Below the pieces are notes generated by a model. It made no database searches, had not been told where the DNA came from, and saw nothing but the letters and a program-made list of their open reading frames with translations. Made by a program: the position numbers and the translations under genes. DNA of 63,823 bases, filler included, from an uncultured Rhodopirellula sp. (GTDB lineage: Bacteria > Planctomycetota > Planctomycetia > Pirellulales > Pirellulaceae), in NCBI GenBank assembly GCA_964007735.1. It is 3 parts of 3 records of this genome, joined end to end, with 100 filler letters (N's around TTAATTAATTAA, not from the genome) between each part and the next. Parts side by side here need not be neighbours in the genome. Positions count along the whole stretch, not along the records: positions 1 to 22,078 come from CAXGAI010000062.1; 2 more parts are not named here. One strand, 5' to 3'. Below, in pieces: positions 1 through 9,449 of the stretch; the stretch's first letter is position 1; each line of letters starts with the position of its first letter.

Positions 1-1297
1 TCACACCCGCCTTGCGTTCTTGCACGGGAATATCCAGAACTTGGCTGACAAGCCGATCCAGATCATCTTCCTGGACGGTGCTTCCCAAAGATTCAAGCGC
101 AGCTAATCGAATCGCGGAACTTGACATCCCGGAGGCTTTCCATAGATGTGGTACCCCGTCGACAATTCGACGCGTACCTACCAACTGAACCAACTCTTTC
201 AAATAAAGAGGTTTTATCCCGTCTAACTTCTCTAGAACAGCCGCGTTTACCCTGTCCCCCTTAAGCCCGGCCAGGCTCTTCATCGCCGCATCGGAAAGAG
301 GGCCGTCATCACTGGCAGCAACCATTAGCAGTCGATCCAAAGCTGTCTCATCCCCCAACTGCTCCAAAGCCATCACCGCTGCCATCCTTACAACACGCGA
401 ATCGTCGCTAATGAGTCGCAATACAATAGGTAACGCCGGAGTGAATCGCCGATCGGTCAGTGCACCAATGAGCAAGGCTTTCCGCTGAGACGTGGCCCCA
501 CCTAGTTCCCCAAGTAACATATCGCCCACGGCCCTTCCTGCAATCTGCCGAGATGCCTGTAACGCCATAGCGAAGGAGCGGTCATTCTTGCTGCGTAGTT
601 GTTCTGCGAGAAGCCCCAAATCGGCCTCACCTCGCGCCGTTAACGCCGAGAATGTGGCGGCGTTACGAACATGCTCCCTTGCAGCTGATTTTCGAACCAC
701 ATCATAAAAAACGATTGCCTCCTGCTTTCGGTCCTCTTTGAACAGGTTATCGGCACATTGCAAACAGGCATCGAGTAGGTAAGCTGGTGGCACGCCCGTC
801 GTAGCCTTCAGGCTTTTCCGCAGTTGGGCCGAGGCTTCGGGGGACGCAATACGACCGAGTGCCGAAGCGACAGCAGCCTGCACAGTTTCGCTAGCGTCTT
901 TGGAAAGTGAAATCAATGGAACCACCGCCAGTGTGTCCCGTCGGTTTCCGATGGAATTCACGACGCCGATAAGCCTAGAACCTTCTAAGCCGTGGAGTGA
1001 CTTGCGTAACGCTTCATCTGCTGCGGGCCCGGGAATCGCTTCAAGGCCGGTACGTGCAAAATGGGACAGTTCTTCGTCCGTTAGTAAACCGGCCAGAATC
1101 GGTATGGAATCATGGTTCCCAATCACAGCGAGCCGTCTGCAGGCCACACCCTTGGCGTGCAGATCCGCTCGTGAGTTGAGAATTCCATGTAACGTTTCAA
1201 CTTCATCCGCAAGGCCGTCTTCCGCAGCAAGGCTCACTGACGCCGGCGTGGCTACAACAAATATTAGAACAAGCGATAGTAGATACCTTGAAGTCAT
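1..1297 (-). CDS. HEAT/PBS-lyase-like repeat protein with signal peptide (3' end runs off the window)
   Basis: Not in the ORF track. Manual translation from ATG at 1297: MTSRYLLSLVLIFVVATPASVSLAAEDGLADEVETLHGILNSRADLHAKGVACRRLAVIG...ARTGLEAIPGPAADEALRKSL...VRMAAVMALEQLGD..., open to base 2. Repeated 'vR.aA..aLg.ig' helical-hairpin pattern; lies downstream of the Gfo gene. Confidence 0.85.
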   Translation of the reverse strand, partial: MTSRYLLSLVLIFVVATPASVSLAAEDGLADEVETLHGILNSRADLHAKGVACRRLAVIGNHDSIPILAGLLTDEELSHFARTGLEAIPGPAADEALRKSLHGLEGSRLIGVVNSIGNRRDTLAVVPLISLSKDASETVQAAVASALGRIASPEASAQLRKSLKATTGVPPAYLLDACLQCADNLFKEDRKQEAIVFYDVVRKSAAREHVRNAATFSALTARGEADLGLLAEQLRSKNDRSFAMALQASRQIAGRAVGDMLLGELGGATSQRKALLIGALTDRRFTPALPIVLRLISDDSRVVRMAAVMALEQLGDETALDRLLMVAASDDGPLSDAAMKSLAGLKGDRVNAAVLEKLDGIKPLYLKELVQLVGTRRIVDGVPHLWKASGMSSSAIRLAALESLGSTVQEDDLDRLVSQVLDIPVQERKAGV

Positions 1298-1387
1298 TGG
1301 GAAGATCCTGTTGAGTTTTTCTTTACAATTGTTTACTGCAAACGGTTAACAGTAAGTGGGTAGCCCTTATTCTGTTCCTCAAACAAA

Positions 1388-2668
1388 TCAAACTCGCCAA
1401 GGTTCACGATAAGCACGTGACCGCATACGATCAGCCTCCTCATCATCGACAAATCGTTCTTCGACTGGATCGAACTCCACCGGCCTGCCGAGCTGCCACG
1501 CTATATAAGCTGCGTGTGCCGCAACGTGAGACTGAGCGGCAACATTTGCATTAGCCGCGGTTGTCGCCCGGGTTTTAACACTTGCCAGAAACTCGCGAAT
1601 ATGACTAGTCGGATCAGTACCCACGTCAACGAACTCCCGATACTCGTCTCTCAGTTTACCGGGCCCAAGCAACATTCCGCCGCTGTCGCCTGTCTCGACC
1701 CATCCATCCTCACCTTCAAAACGAACGCTGCAGGTGCCCATACCGAGCCAACCCGTATCCCGCATCACCAACTTCACTCCGTTGGCATACTCTGCTACCA
1801 CTGAGTTCCCTTTGGGCTGATAGGTTACCGGTGCGGTTTTATCTGCCTGATTTGCCCATTGGCAGAGATCAATCGTATGAGCTCCCCATTCCAGAATACC
1901 ACCGCCGTGGAAGTCAAAATGATTCCGCCATCGTCCGGCAACATACGAGGAATTGTAGGGTCTCCAGGGTGTCGGCCCGAGCCAGCGATCCCAATCAACA
2001 ATCTCTTTCTCTGGTTGCGGTTCCGCAGGTAACCATTGATGATGAGTGGCCGGCGCTAACGTATTCGCATGAACCGTGTGAAGTTTGCCAAGTTTACCAC
2101 TGTGAACGAGGTTAACGGCATGAATAAAGTTACCGATATTTCGCCGCTGCGTACCTGCCTGGTAAATCCTTCCATATTGCCGAATACCATCTGCCAGTGC
2201 TCGACTTTCAGAGATGGTCATGGAACACGGTTTCTCACAGTAAATATCTTTACCTGCTTTCGCCGCGAGAATTGAGGCCAGCGTATGCCAGCGATCTCCC
2301 GTAGCGATCAACAGAGCATCAACATCCTGACGGTCGAACAGTTCGAACATATCTGAATAGGTACGGCAATCAACGTTCCCGTACTTTTCATCGACAATCT
2401 CTTTCGCAGCCATACGACGCTCACTTCTCACATCGCAGATAGCTACCACCTGTGTCTCGGGTTGATTGAGGAAAATCCCAAGATCGTAGGTACCACGCCC
2501 CCCGCTGCCGACGGTACCCAGCACAATTCGTTCGCTAGGTGCAACGCTACCATCACGTCCCAAAGCCGAGGCAGGGATGAACGTGGGTAGCCCCATAACA
2601 CTGCCCGCGGCCGTGGCAGCCGTTTTCATGAAGCGTCGTCTTGATGAACGGTGTTGTGATGAAGTCAT
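1388..2668 (-). CDS. Gfo/Idh/MocA family oxidoreductase, Tat-exported
   Basis: SRRRFMK twin-arginine signal, VGSGGRG Rossmann motif, DIYCEKP, WDRWLGPTP, WGAHTID. Start placed at ATG 2668 (MTSSQHR) rather than 2731. Confidence 0.92.
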   Translation of the reverse strand: MTSSQHRSSRRRFMKTAATAAGSVMGLPTFIPASALGRDGSVAPSERIVLGTVGSGGRGTYDLGIFLNQPETQVVAICDVRSERRMAAKEIVDEKYGNVDCRTYSDMFELFDRQDVDALLIATGDRWHTLASILAAKAGKDIYCEKPCSMTISESRALADGIRQYGRIYQAGTQRRNIGNFIHAVNLVHSGKLGKLHTVHANTLAPATHHQWLPAEPQPEKEIVDWDRWLGPTPWRPYNSSYVAGRWRNHFDFHGGGILEWGAHTIDLCQWANQADKTAPVTYQPKGNSVVAEYANGVKLVMRDTGWLGMGTCSVRFEGEDGWVETGDSGGMLLGPGKLRDEYREFVDVGTDPTSHIREFLASVKTRATTAANANVAAQSHVAAHAAYIAWQLGRPVEFDPVEERFVDDEEADRMRSRAYREPWRV

Positions 2669-2700
2669 TGCTTGTTTCTCTGAATTAATGAGTTGTATGC

Positions 2701-3918
2701 TTATTTGGATATATGCAGGTTTTCGAACCAATAGAGGCCTGACTTACCAGGGGCGACGATGTCGATGTCGCCATCGCTATCCATATCTTTAACCGCCATC
2801 TGCAGCCCGGTACCGGCCGAACCCCGGGCGAAATCCTTGAGTGCATCTCGCTGCTCAGCATCAGAAGGCGCATTGGGAGCAGGAAAACCTTTATAAACTG
2901 TAATTTTCTTCCAGTTGGCTGCCTTACGATCGAAATCGTAGATAAAGATGCAGGGGTGAGCTGTGGCTCCGGGTTCACTTGCATGAGCGTATATCCGTTT
3001 GCCTGTCACGAACTCCAGTTCCCCGTCATCGTCGAAGTCTGCCAAATGAAGTGTATGTACCTGTGAAAATGTTGTATCAATATCTTCTTTAGTCCAGATG
3101 CGATTTCCATTCTCGTCTTTGGATTGCTTCAGCCAATGCAAACCAAAATGATGCCCCATGCCCCACACAATATCTGTGTCACCATCACCGTCAAAATCGT
3201 GTCCAATGATCTCAATACTCGCATGACCGATTTGAAAGTCGGCATGAAACTGCCAATCGGCATCCCGTTGCGACGGTTGTGCGTACCAGCCTTTCGGAGT
3301 GATAATATCGATTCGACCGTCACTATTGATGTCCCCATGCCCGATGCCATGTCCAGCTCCTGCAGGCGACAACTGTCGTTTAATCCATTCAACCTTCGGC
3401 GCAGACGACTTCAACTCGTACCAGACGATCTGCCCACCTACATTAGGAAGATAGACCGGGGTACCATCACCATATAAATCGACCAGATAGCTAGTCTCCA
3501 TAGATCCCGGAAGATCAATCAGATGTTCTGTCCACGGCGTGGTTGGATCCAGAGGTTGTTCGACCCAGGCAATACGCCGACTAAAATAGGCGCAGGTTAA
3601 GATGTCCACGCGACCGTCGCCGTTGACATCCAGCGGCGTGTCCGCAAAGTCTTCATAATAATGCGGATTGGTACCCGGTTTAACTTGCCGAACCTGATGA
3701 CGCTTCCAATCAGGAGCGGCGTACCATGAATCGCCACTAAAAACATCTAATCTTCCGTCGCGATTAAAGTCAGCTACGCCAACAGCTTCGAACGGTGAAC
3801 GGTCGTTAATCGTATGCTTGCGCCAATTCGTCTTGGTAGGTTCCACCGCTTTGAGTGAATAACTTAATACAACGACCAAAAAAAAAGGAAGCCATGCGCT
3901 GTGGATTCTTGTGAACAT
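2701..3918 (-). CDS. FG-GAP/VCBS repeat secreted protein
   Basis: Repeated DxNxDGxxD motifs (DFNRDGRLD, DVNGDGRVD, DINSDGRID, DFDGDGDTD, DMDSDGDID), signal peptide, C-terminal GKSGLYWFEN. Start placed at ATG 3918. Confidence 0.88.
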   Translation of the reverse strand: MFTRIHSAWLPFFLVVVLSYSLKAVEPTKTNWRKHTINDRSPFEAVGVADFNRDGRLDVFSGDSWYAAPDWKRHQVRQVKPGTNPHYYEDFADTPLDVNGDGRVDILTCAYFSRRIAWVEQPLDPTTPWTEHLIDLPGSMETSYLVDLYGDGTPVYLPNVGGQIVWYELKSSAPKVEWIKRQLSPAGAGHGIGHGDINSDGRIDIITPKGWYAQPSQRDADWQFHADFQIGHASIEIIGHDFDGDGDTDIVWGMGHHFGLHWLKQSKDENGNRIWTKEDIDTTFSQVHTLHLADFDDDGELEFVTGKRIYAHASEPGATAHPCIFIYDFDRKAANWKKITVYKGFPAPNAPSDAEQRDALKDFARGSAGTGLQMAVKDMDSDGDIDIVAPGKSGLYWFENLHISK

Positions 3919-4078
3919 CGGATATTCAACCCCCAAGTTTTTTCATTTGCCCATACATCCGTTATAGAACGATCCGTTAAGTATAAGCTAATAGAGAGCA
4001 AGCCGTAGCATAACGCCTCAGCAACCTTACCGTCTGCTGTCAACTGAAAATCATGAATGCACGCATAGGAAGGACGAA

Positions 4079-4906
4079 TCAGTCGCCAATTTGGGAGGCG
4101 ATTTGTCCTTTGCGAATAACCTCTTGTCGTAGGTTATCAAAATGGGCCACCGGATCCTGAAAGAAATCCGTCGGCATCTGGCCATAATATTCCATCGCCT
4201 GATAGACTTTGTCCCACCCTGCACGCTCGGCCAAATCATACGCACTCAATCCCTTCGTAATTCGCTCGTCAGTATCGCTGAAATCGCGAAATACGAAGTA
4301 GCGGAGACCTGGGAAATAGGTAAATCGAACGAAAGGATGGAGACACAGCCATCGCATGACTTTACATTCGAATTCGGAAACTGCTTTTCTGACCCCCGGT
4401 GCCACCGTTAGCTCCTGTTCGCATCGAAAAGACTGTTCGAATACATCCTTCTTCTCCTTCGCCGTTAGAACCACATTGTTCCTTCTGGCGTAATGTACGC
4501 GATTCAAGGCGTCCAACAAATTGGGGGGGACGATGTCTTCGGAACCCGCTGTTTCTCCGTAAAGTTTCGTAAATTCGTAATTCGCATAAGTGTCGATACA
4601 AACTTCCCGATTGACTCGCCGAAAGGCTTCCGAGAATTCCCTCAAAATCCCCAAACGGTAAGCTTTTTCACGAGCACTGTAGCAATAGCGATAGGCGATC
4701 AATCGCCCCAGACTTCCGCCGGCTTCAAAATAGCTAAGGCCCCAAAGCGCACCGTGAGCCGCAATTTGAGAGAACGCGTGGTTACGCCCGGAATCAATAT
4801 AAATATGGGTAAGAATGGCGACGCGATGACGAATATCCATCAGGTTGCCTGCCAAAACCTCGCCTTCGGATTTCAGCTTCTCATAAACATCTTGAAGGTC
4901 AGACAT
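4079..4906 (-). CDS. Hypothetical protein, possibly DUF2515-like
   Basis: 275-aa ORF with globular composition; 'VNREVCIDTY', 'EQELTV' and 'DFSDTDERITKG' recall DUF2515-type motifs (low-confidence family call). Confidence 0.6.
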   Translation of the reverse strand: MSDLQDVYEKLKSEGEVLAGNLMDIRHRVAILTHIYIDSGRNHAFSQIAAHGALWGLSYFEAGGSLGRLIAYRYCYSAREKAYRLGILREFSEAFRRVNREVCIDTYANYEFTKLYGETAGSEDIVPPNLLDALNRVHYARRNNVVLTAKEKKDVFEQSFRCEQELTVAPGVRKAVSEFECKVMRWLCLHPFVRFTYFPGLRYFVFRDFSDTDERITKGLSAYDLAERAGWDKVYQAMEYYGQMPTDFFQDPVAHFDNLRQEVIRKGQIASQIGD

Positions 4907-5043
4907 AAGCTTCGCAGAATGGGATAGGAGTTACCAATCGATGGAAGCTATTTTAATAAAACCATTCTTAAGCCCGCAAATCTAAACCACCAATGAAATC
5001 CCGACATTATCGCGGAGAATCCTAAAATCAGGATCAACTTTAT

Positions 5044-5457
5044 TTATTGATTGATTAGAGTCAATATTTCAGTTCGGTTGCGAAGCCTGGCCATCTCTAA
5101 GGGTGTTTGCCCATCGCGACGCGGTTTATTGATATCGGCTCCGGATTCGATCAGAATTTTAGCGGCTTCCGTACTTCCCCTGGTAATGGCCCGATGAAGC
5201 GGGGTTTCCTGATCTTTACCTGCGACCAAATCAATATCGGCTCCCTCGGCTAGCAGCTGTTTGATACGAGCTACGTCATTACCCTCAGCTGCCTTGTAAA
5301 GAAGCGTTTCCGCTAATTCCTGATTGGATGATAAGGAAACTTCAGTCGTTGGTGTTTCTGTGGTGTTCCGGGTTGGTTCGGATTGCATATCAGTACACCC
5401 AGAAATCACGATCACCGTAACTAAGACGAGGCCTATCCGGTTTGGTGTTAGCAACAT
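5044..5457 (-). CDS. Ankyrin-repeat lipoprotein
   Basis: Lipobox ISGC after a hydrophobic stretch; ankyrin repeats ETPLHRAITRG...LIESGADIN and GQTPLEMA; GAGGAG RBS upstream. Confidence 0.9.
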   Translation of the reverse strand: MLLTPNRIGLVLVTVIVISGCTDMQSEPTRNTTETPTTEVSLSSNQELAETLLYKAAEGNDVARIKQLLAEGADIDLVAGKDQETPLHRAITRGSTEAAKILIESGADINKPRRDGQTPLEMARLRNRTEILTLINQ

Positions 5458-5797
5458 AATTAAGCTCCTCTGGTTACCTTAGAATTAAAAACCTTATTCC
5501 TTATTTGATTTGTCATATAAAGAGCCTCAAGCAACTTCAGCTTACCGGGCGCGGATAATGCTGCTGGAAAGAACCTTATACGAGACTATTTTCGGAATCA
5601 TTGCGTTTCATGACCAGTGTTAAAAACGCTACAGAGTCATACATGTGTGGCTTGGATTATTACGAGAGGCAGTGAACTCAACATTAAGGAAGGAGATTCT
5701 GTTTTCTACCGGGCCGCCCAATAAACGCACGCTGAAAAATCGTCGGTTCCGGAAAACAAACACATATTGCTAAAGCCCTGGCTACGCAAACATCAAC

Positions 5798-5837
5798 AAA
5801 AAGGCCTCCGACATACGATTCCAAATGTCGGAGGCCC
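5798..5837 (-). terminator. Intrinsic terminator-like hairpin (unit 1)
   Basis: Minus strand GGGCCTCCGACAT-10 nt loop-ATGTCGGAGGCCT followed by TTTTG. Confidence 0.7.
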
Positions 5838-5931
5838 GGAAGAGTAACGCCAACGACTAGTTGACTGTTAGGTAGTCATGCAATGCTTCCTGCCACGAAC
5901 AGTCTGCAATTTCTTAAACTTGTTGAAATAC

Positions 5932-5973
5932 AATAAAGAACCTCCGGTAGCATTAGCCAACCACCGGAGGTTC
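5932..5973 (-). terminator. Intrinsic terminator-like hairpin (unit 2)
   Basis: Minus strand GAACCTCCGGTGG...CTACCGGAGGTTC followed by TTTATT; the G.U pair works only on the minus strand. Confidence 0.65.
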
Positions 5974-6188
5974 AAGAGGGAACGGAAAACCAACAACCCC
6001 TATGGTTCTCCTGCACTATTATTACGGGCTAGTTTCAATTGGTTAGTTTCTACTGAGCCAATAACGTGCTATTTTTAAACGCTTTCTTGAATCAGGGATT
6101 TTTTAAGCCGGCTGCTCGTCGGACTTTAGTAAACCCCGGTAAGTTATAAAAACGATGGCACATTCAATCCCATTTTCTCAGAGTTTGT

Positions 6189-6345
6189 AAAAGAACCGGA
6201 GCCGCCCAAAGGCGACTCCGGAGGCCTGGCATTGCCAGACCCGGCCTCTGGGGCTTCAGCAATACCTTCAACGGAAGTTCGAAAGGGAAGAAGGTACTAA
6301 CATCACGGAAACCTTGGGGCCAATGGAACTGATGTATAGTCAGCC
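6189..6345 (-). ncRNA. Candidate structured small RNA ending in an intrinsic terminator (unit 3)
   Basis: Four consecutive stems on the minus strand: ACTATACATCA/TGATGTTAGT, AGTACCTTC/GAAGGTATT, GAGGCC..CTGGCA/TGCCAG..GCCTC and CCGGAGTCGCC-TTTG-GGCGGCTCCGG, then TTCTTTT. No credible CDS here. Confidence 0.5.
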
Positions 6346-6563
6346 ACATTGATAACCGTCGAAACTCGCAAATCTCAACTATTTTTTTGTTTTTTAACTC
6401 TTAAACGATGTGCACAATGAGCTTTCTGCGTAATCATCTCCTGTTGCCTCCCAATGGACAGCTTTATCACCAATCAAGCCAACCCGATCGAGCCAACCAG
6501 TGGGATAGTGGCCAACATGCGGCAATCTCTAGTCGAACGAACAATTAAATTGAAAAATAAGCC

Positions 6564-7583
6564 ATGCAAATAAAAAGGAAGGCAACGTCTATTGCGGTTA
6601 TTGGTGCGGGAATCTCTGGGCTGACAGCAGCTCAGACTCTGAGTGACGCGGGCATTGACGTTACTGTCTTCGAAAAGAGCAGGGGAGTCGGTGGGAGAAC
6701 AGCCAATCGCAGATCGGAATATGGTTCCTTCGATCACGGTGCACAGTACTTTACGGTCAAGGACAAGCGTTTCCGAAATTTCACAGAGGATTTAGTGTCA
6801 AAAGGAGTGGTTGCATCGTGGAGCAACCCTGATGCCCCCTCTAGCCCTAAAGTGGTTTATCTTAAAAACGGTAAAATCTGCCGATCCTCGGTGAGTAATG
6901 AAAAGTACGTCGGCACCCCGGCAATGAACAGTATTTGCAAACATTTATCTGATGGCATTGAAATTGTCTTTAACGCCAGAGTCCTCAAGGTTTCCGAACG
7001 TTCCGGAAAACTTAGCCTTCGCTTTCAGGATGATGATAAGGGCCTCGAATATGACGGGGTAATCATATCTACACCCAGCTTGCAGGCTGCTGCATTAATC
7101 GAAGAATGGCCAACGCTAAGTAAAGCCTTAGGGGTTATCGAAATGCATCCATGCTGGGCCTGCCTTGCCACTTTCCGCAACCCTTTGACCGCCCATTGGG
7201 TTGGTGCTTTCCTTGAGGACAGCCATATTGGATGGATTGGTCGCAACAGCACAAAACCTGATCGCAATTCGAACACCGAAGATCTCGTGATTCACGCCAC
7301 TACGGAATGGAGTCGAGCGAATATTACGGCTTCTCGCGACGTTGTATCTGAGATCTTACTAGAGGAATTATGGTCAAAAACGGGACTTAACAAACAGCCA
7401 TCTATCTATCTAAATTCTCACTTATGGCGTTATGCTATCGCAGCGAGAGAACTTAACGTCGAATGTCTAAACGCTACAAGTTCTAACTTAGTTATTTGTG
7501 GCGATTGGGCTCACGGCTCGAGAATTGAAGGGGCCTTTCTAAGTGGGCTTTCAGCCTCGAATAAGATGCTTCAAAAGTTATGA
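6564..7583 (+). CDS. Renalase-like FAD-dependent oxidoreductase (COG3380 type)
   Basis: VIGAGISG, VFEKSRGVGGR, FDHGAQYFT, HLWRYA, CGDW...IEGAFLSG. Confidence 0.92.
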   Translation: MQIKRKATSIAVIGAGISGLTAAQTLSDAGIDVTVFEKSRGVGGRTANRRSEYGSFDHGAQYFTVKDKRFRNFTEDLVSKGVVASWSNPDAPSSPKVVYLKNGKICRSSVSNEKYVGTPAMNSICKHLSDGIEIVFNARVLKVSERSGKLSLRFQDDDKGLEYDGVIISTPSLQAAALIEEWPTLSKALGVIEMHPCWACLATFRNPLTAHWVGAFLEDSHIGWIGRNSTKPDRNSNTEDLVIHATTEWSRANITASRDVVSEILLEELWSKTGLNKQPSIYLNSHLWRYAIAARELNVECLNATSSNLVICGDWAHGSRIEGAFLSGLSASNKMLQKL

Positions 7584-7587
7584 ATCC

Positions 7588-8286
7588 TTGAGACGAATCC
7601 TTACTGCCATCTATCGAACTCTAATTTGCACCCTACTCGGATTACTGGTCGGATGTAATGACGATGCCTACTCTATCCCAGCGGTCTCCAGGGAACACCT
7701 CGAGACCGCTGCACAAAGCCTGATCAACTCCTTACCCAAAACGGTAGGTTGCCTGGAACAAATTCCTGGGGGCACGAATGGCCCCGTATTGTTTCGTCGT
7801 TGGGAATTGCATATTGAAAACCTAAGTCATCAAATCCAGCTCCGAAGCGAGGGATGTTTAGAACCCCGACTCAAGATTAGCGCAAATGGCTTCTGCAGGC
7901 ATTTCGCCACTCCGCCGGAAAGTAGCCCGGACTTGTTTTTTTTACACCGGGATTTGGCCCTCGATGCTGAAATAGTGATAGATTTCGATTGGGTCTGGGG
8001 AGATAAGATCGACTGGGGGCCAGAACACTTCCGAGACGTGAGCCCTCTCGATTATCACGTTGCAATCATAGAAGATAAAATTACTCCACTGGCTGAATAC
8101 CGTTGGGATTCGTTGATAGACAATTGGGTTCCGATCTCGGAGCAGGGAGAGCGGCTGTGGCCTTTTACTTCCTTCGAGAACTCACGCAGCGATGATGAGT
8201 TTTACACCCCTCGTCCCAGCATGAGAACAAAGTGGCGCAGTGAATGGCAACGATGGTTCGGTCGTAAGAAACCGACTAAATCCTAA
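7588..8286 (+). CDS. Hypothetical lipoprotein
   Basis: Lipobox LLVGC after a hydrophobic segment; likely TTG start at 7588, just after the renalase-like stop; Trp-rich C-terminus. Confidence 0.6.
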   Translation: MRRILTAIYRTLICTLLGLLVGCNDDAYSIPAVSREHLETAAQSLINSLPKTVGCLEQIPGGTNGPVLFRRWELHIENLSHQIQLRSEGCLEPRLKISANGFCRHFATPPESSPDLFFLHRDLALDAEIVIDFDWVWGDKIDWGPEHFRDVSPLDYHVAIIEDKITPLAEYRWDSLIDNWVPISEQGERLWPFTSFENSRSDDEFYTPRPSMRTKWRSEWQRWFGRKKPTKS

Positions 8287-8384
8287 ACCTCTTTTTTCAA
8301 ACCAATACCCGATCCCCATGCTTGCGATTCATAAAATCAAACATGATGCGGGATGTTTGCATACCAACTTCTGGACCCGCAATT

Positions 8385-8570
8385 AAAAGCTGCCTGAGGC
8401 CTTCGGCACGTGGCACGGAGAAGGTGCCGAAGGCCCGATCATGGCATCTGGGAGCGAAGCCCAAAACCAGCTCCCGAAATCATTGATGCCCTAACGTCTG
8501 GATCGGCTAGCCCAATCCAACCAAACTTCAAGCAGATTACCGAAAACAATTTACTCCTCAGGTTCATTTC
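8385..8570 (-). ncRNA. Candidate multi-stem non-coding RNA (or 42-aa micro-ORF 8439-8567 plus terminator)
   Basis: Minus-strand stems TGGATTGG/CCGATCCA, GGCATC..GGGAGC/GCTCCC..GATGCC and GGGCCTTCGGCAC/GTGCCGAAGGCCT; end-to-end CCTGAGG/CCTCAGG complementarity; ends in GCAGCTTTT. Confidence 0.4.
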
Positions 8571-9140
8571 GTAAGCCAACCGCAAAACGGTTATCCAAAC
8601 ATTTGCTTTGCGGTTTTAATGCTGGATGCCCCGCTCAGTATTGCGGAATGTCCGCCTCGTAAACCAACTCACTTCACGGTTACCGAAACGATCACAAACG
8701 CTGGTTTTCACAAAAGACAACTTGCAACTCAGGCTGGACTAGCCGGCGATATTGCGACCACCACTTTTTCTCATGCCCGATTCATCAGGAGTTTGCGATG
8801 TTAAATGACTTACAAAATAAAAGCATCCTTATTTTACTTACACCTTTGGTGCTTCTAGTTGCCCTCGTAGACGTTTGTTACAGGACCGTCAGGCCAAGTC
8901 AATCGTGAGCAAGATCACTTCGTCTACTTCGAAACAAAACCGCTTTTAATGACGAATTCGTTATCGAAGGATTCGGAGTATTTTAGTGTTTCATAGACTG
9001 TTCATTATCATGAACTCGTCTTACATAAGCATTAGTGGTATCGATTCCGCCCATCGGTACCTAGAATGCCTAGGGCATGCCCCCGGCAGGTAGAACACCT
9101 GCTTGCCGGGGGGTCTTTAGTTGCCAAATAAAGTGTTTCA

Positions 9141-9449
9141 ATGAGCCATATTTGTATTCTCTGCCCGAGATGTGACACCACGATCACCATTGTTCGAGTT
9201 GATTCATCGGCTAAATTGCGGTGCCTAACCTGCGACTGCATTTTCACCTTGAAAAACCATCTCGATGTCGATGGTGTTAAATGGCTAAGACGAATGTCAA
9301 CTCAGGATTACCTTACACTTGGAGATGGACTTCCCAAAGTGGAGGGGGCGGATGTATTAGCCTCAGTAAATTCCACCTCGCAATTGGCCGATGCAGATCA
9401 TCGAGGCGAACAGCGTGGTAATGTAGGGGAGAATGATGGTCATGGCTAG
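9141..9449 (+). CDS. Small zinc-ribbon protein
   Basis: CPRC-X16-CLTC pair near the N-terminus (MJ0042-like spacing); overlaps the start of the cytochrome gene. Confidence 0.55.
   Translation: MSHICILCPRCDTTITIVRVDSSAKLRCLTCDCIFTLKNHLDVDGVKWLRRMSTQDYLTLGDGLPKVEGADVLASVNSTSQLADADHRGEQRGNVGENDGHG

Noticed and set aside
492..1349. Plus-strand ORFs 492-707, 900-1349 and 997-1179
   Set aside because: Antisense shadows of the minus-strand HEAT-repeat gene.
5798..6345. CRISPR array or type I toxin-antitoxin locus
   Set aside because: No identical direct repeats at regular spacing and no cas genes. The GGAGG motifs on the plus strand do not lead to hydrophobic peptide ORFs (best case is a polar 22-aa TTG ORF).
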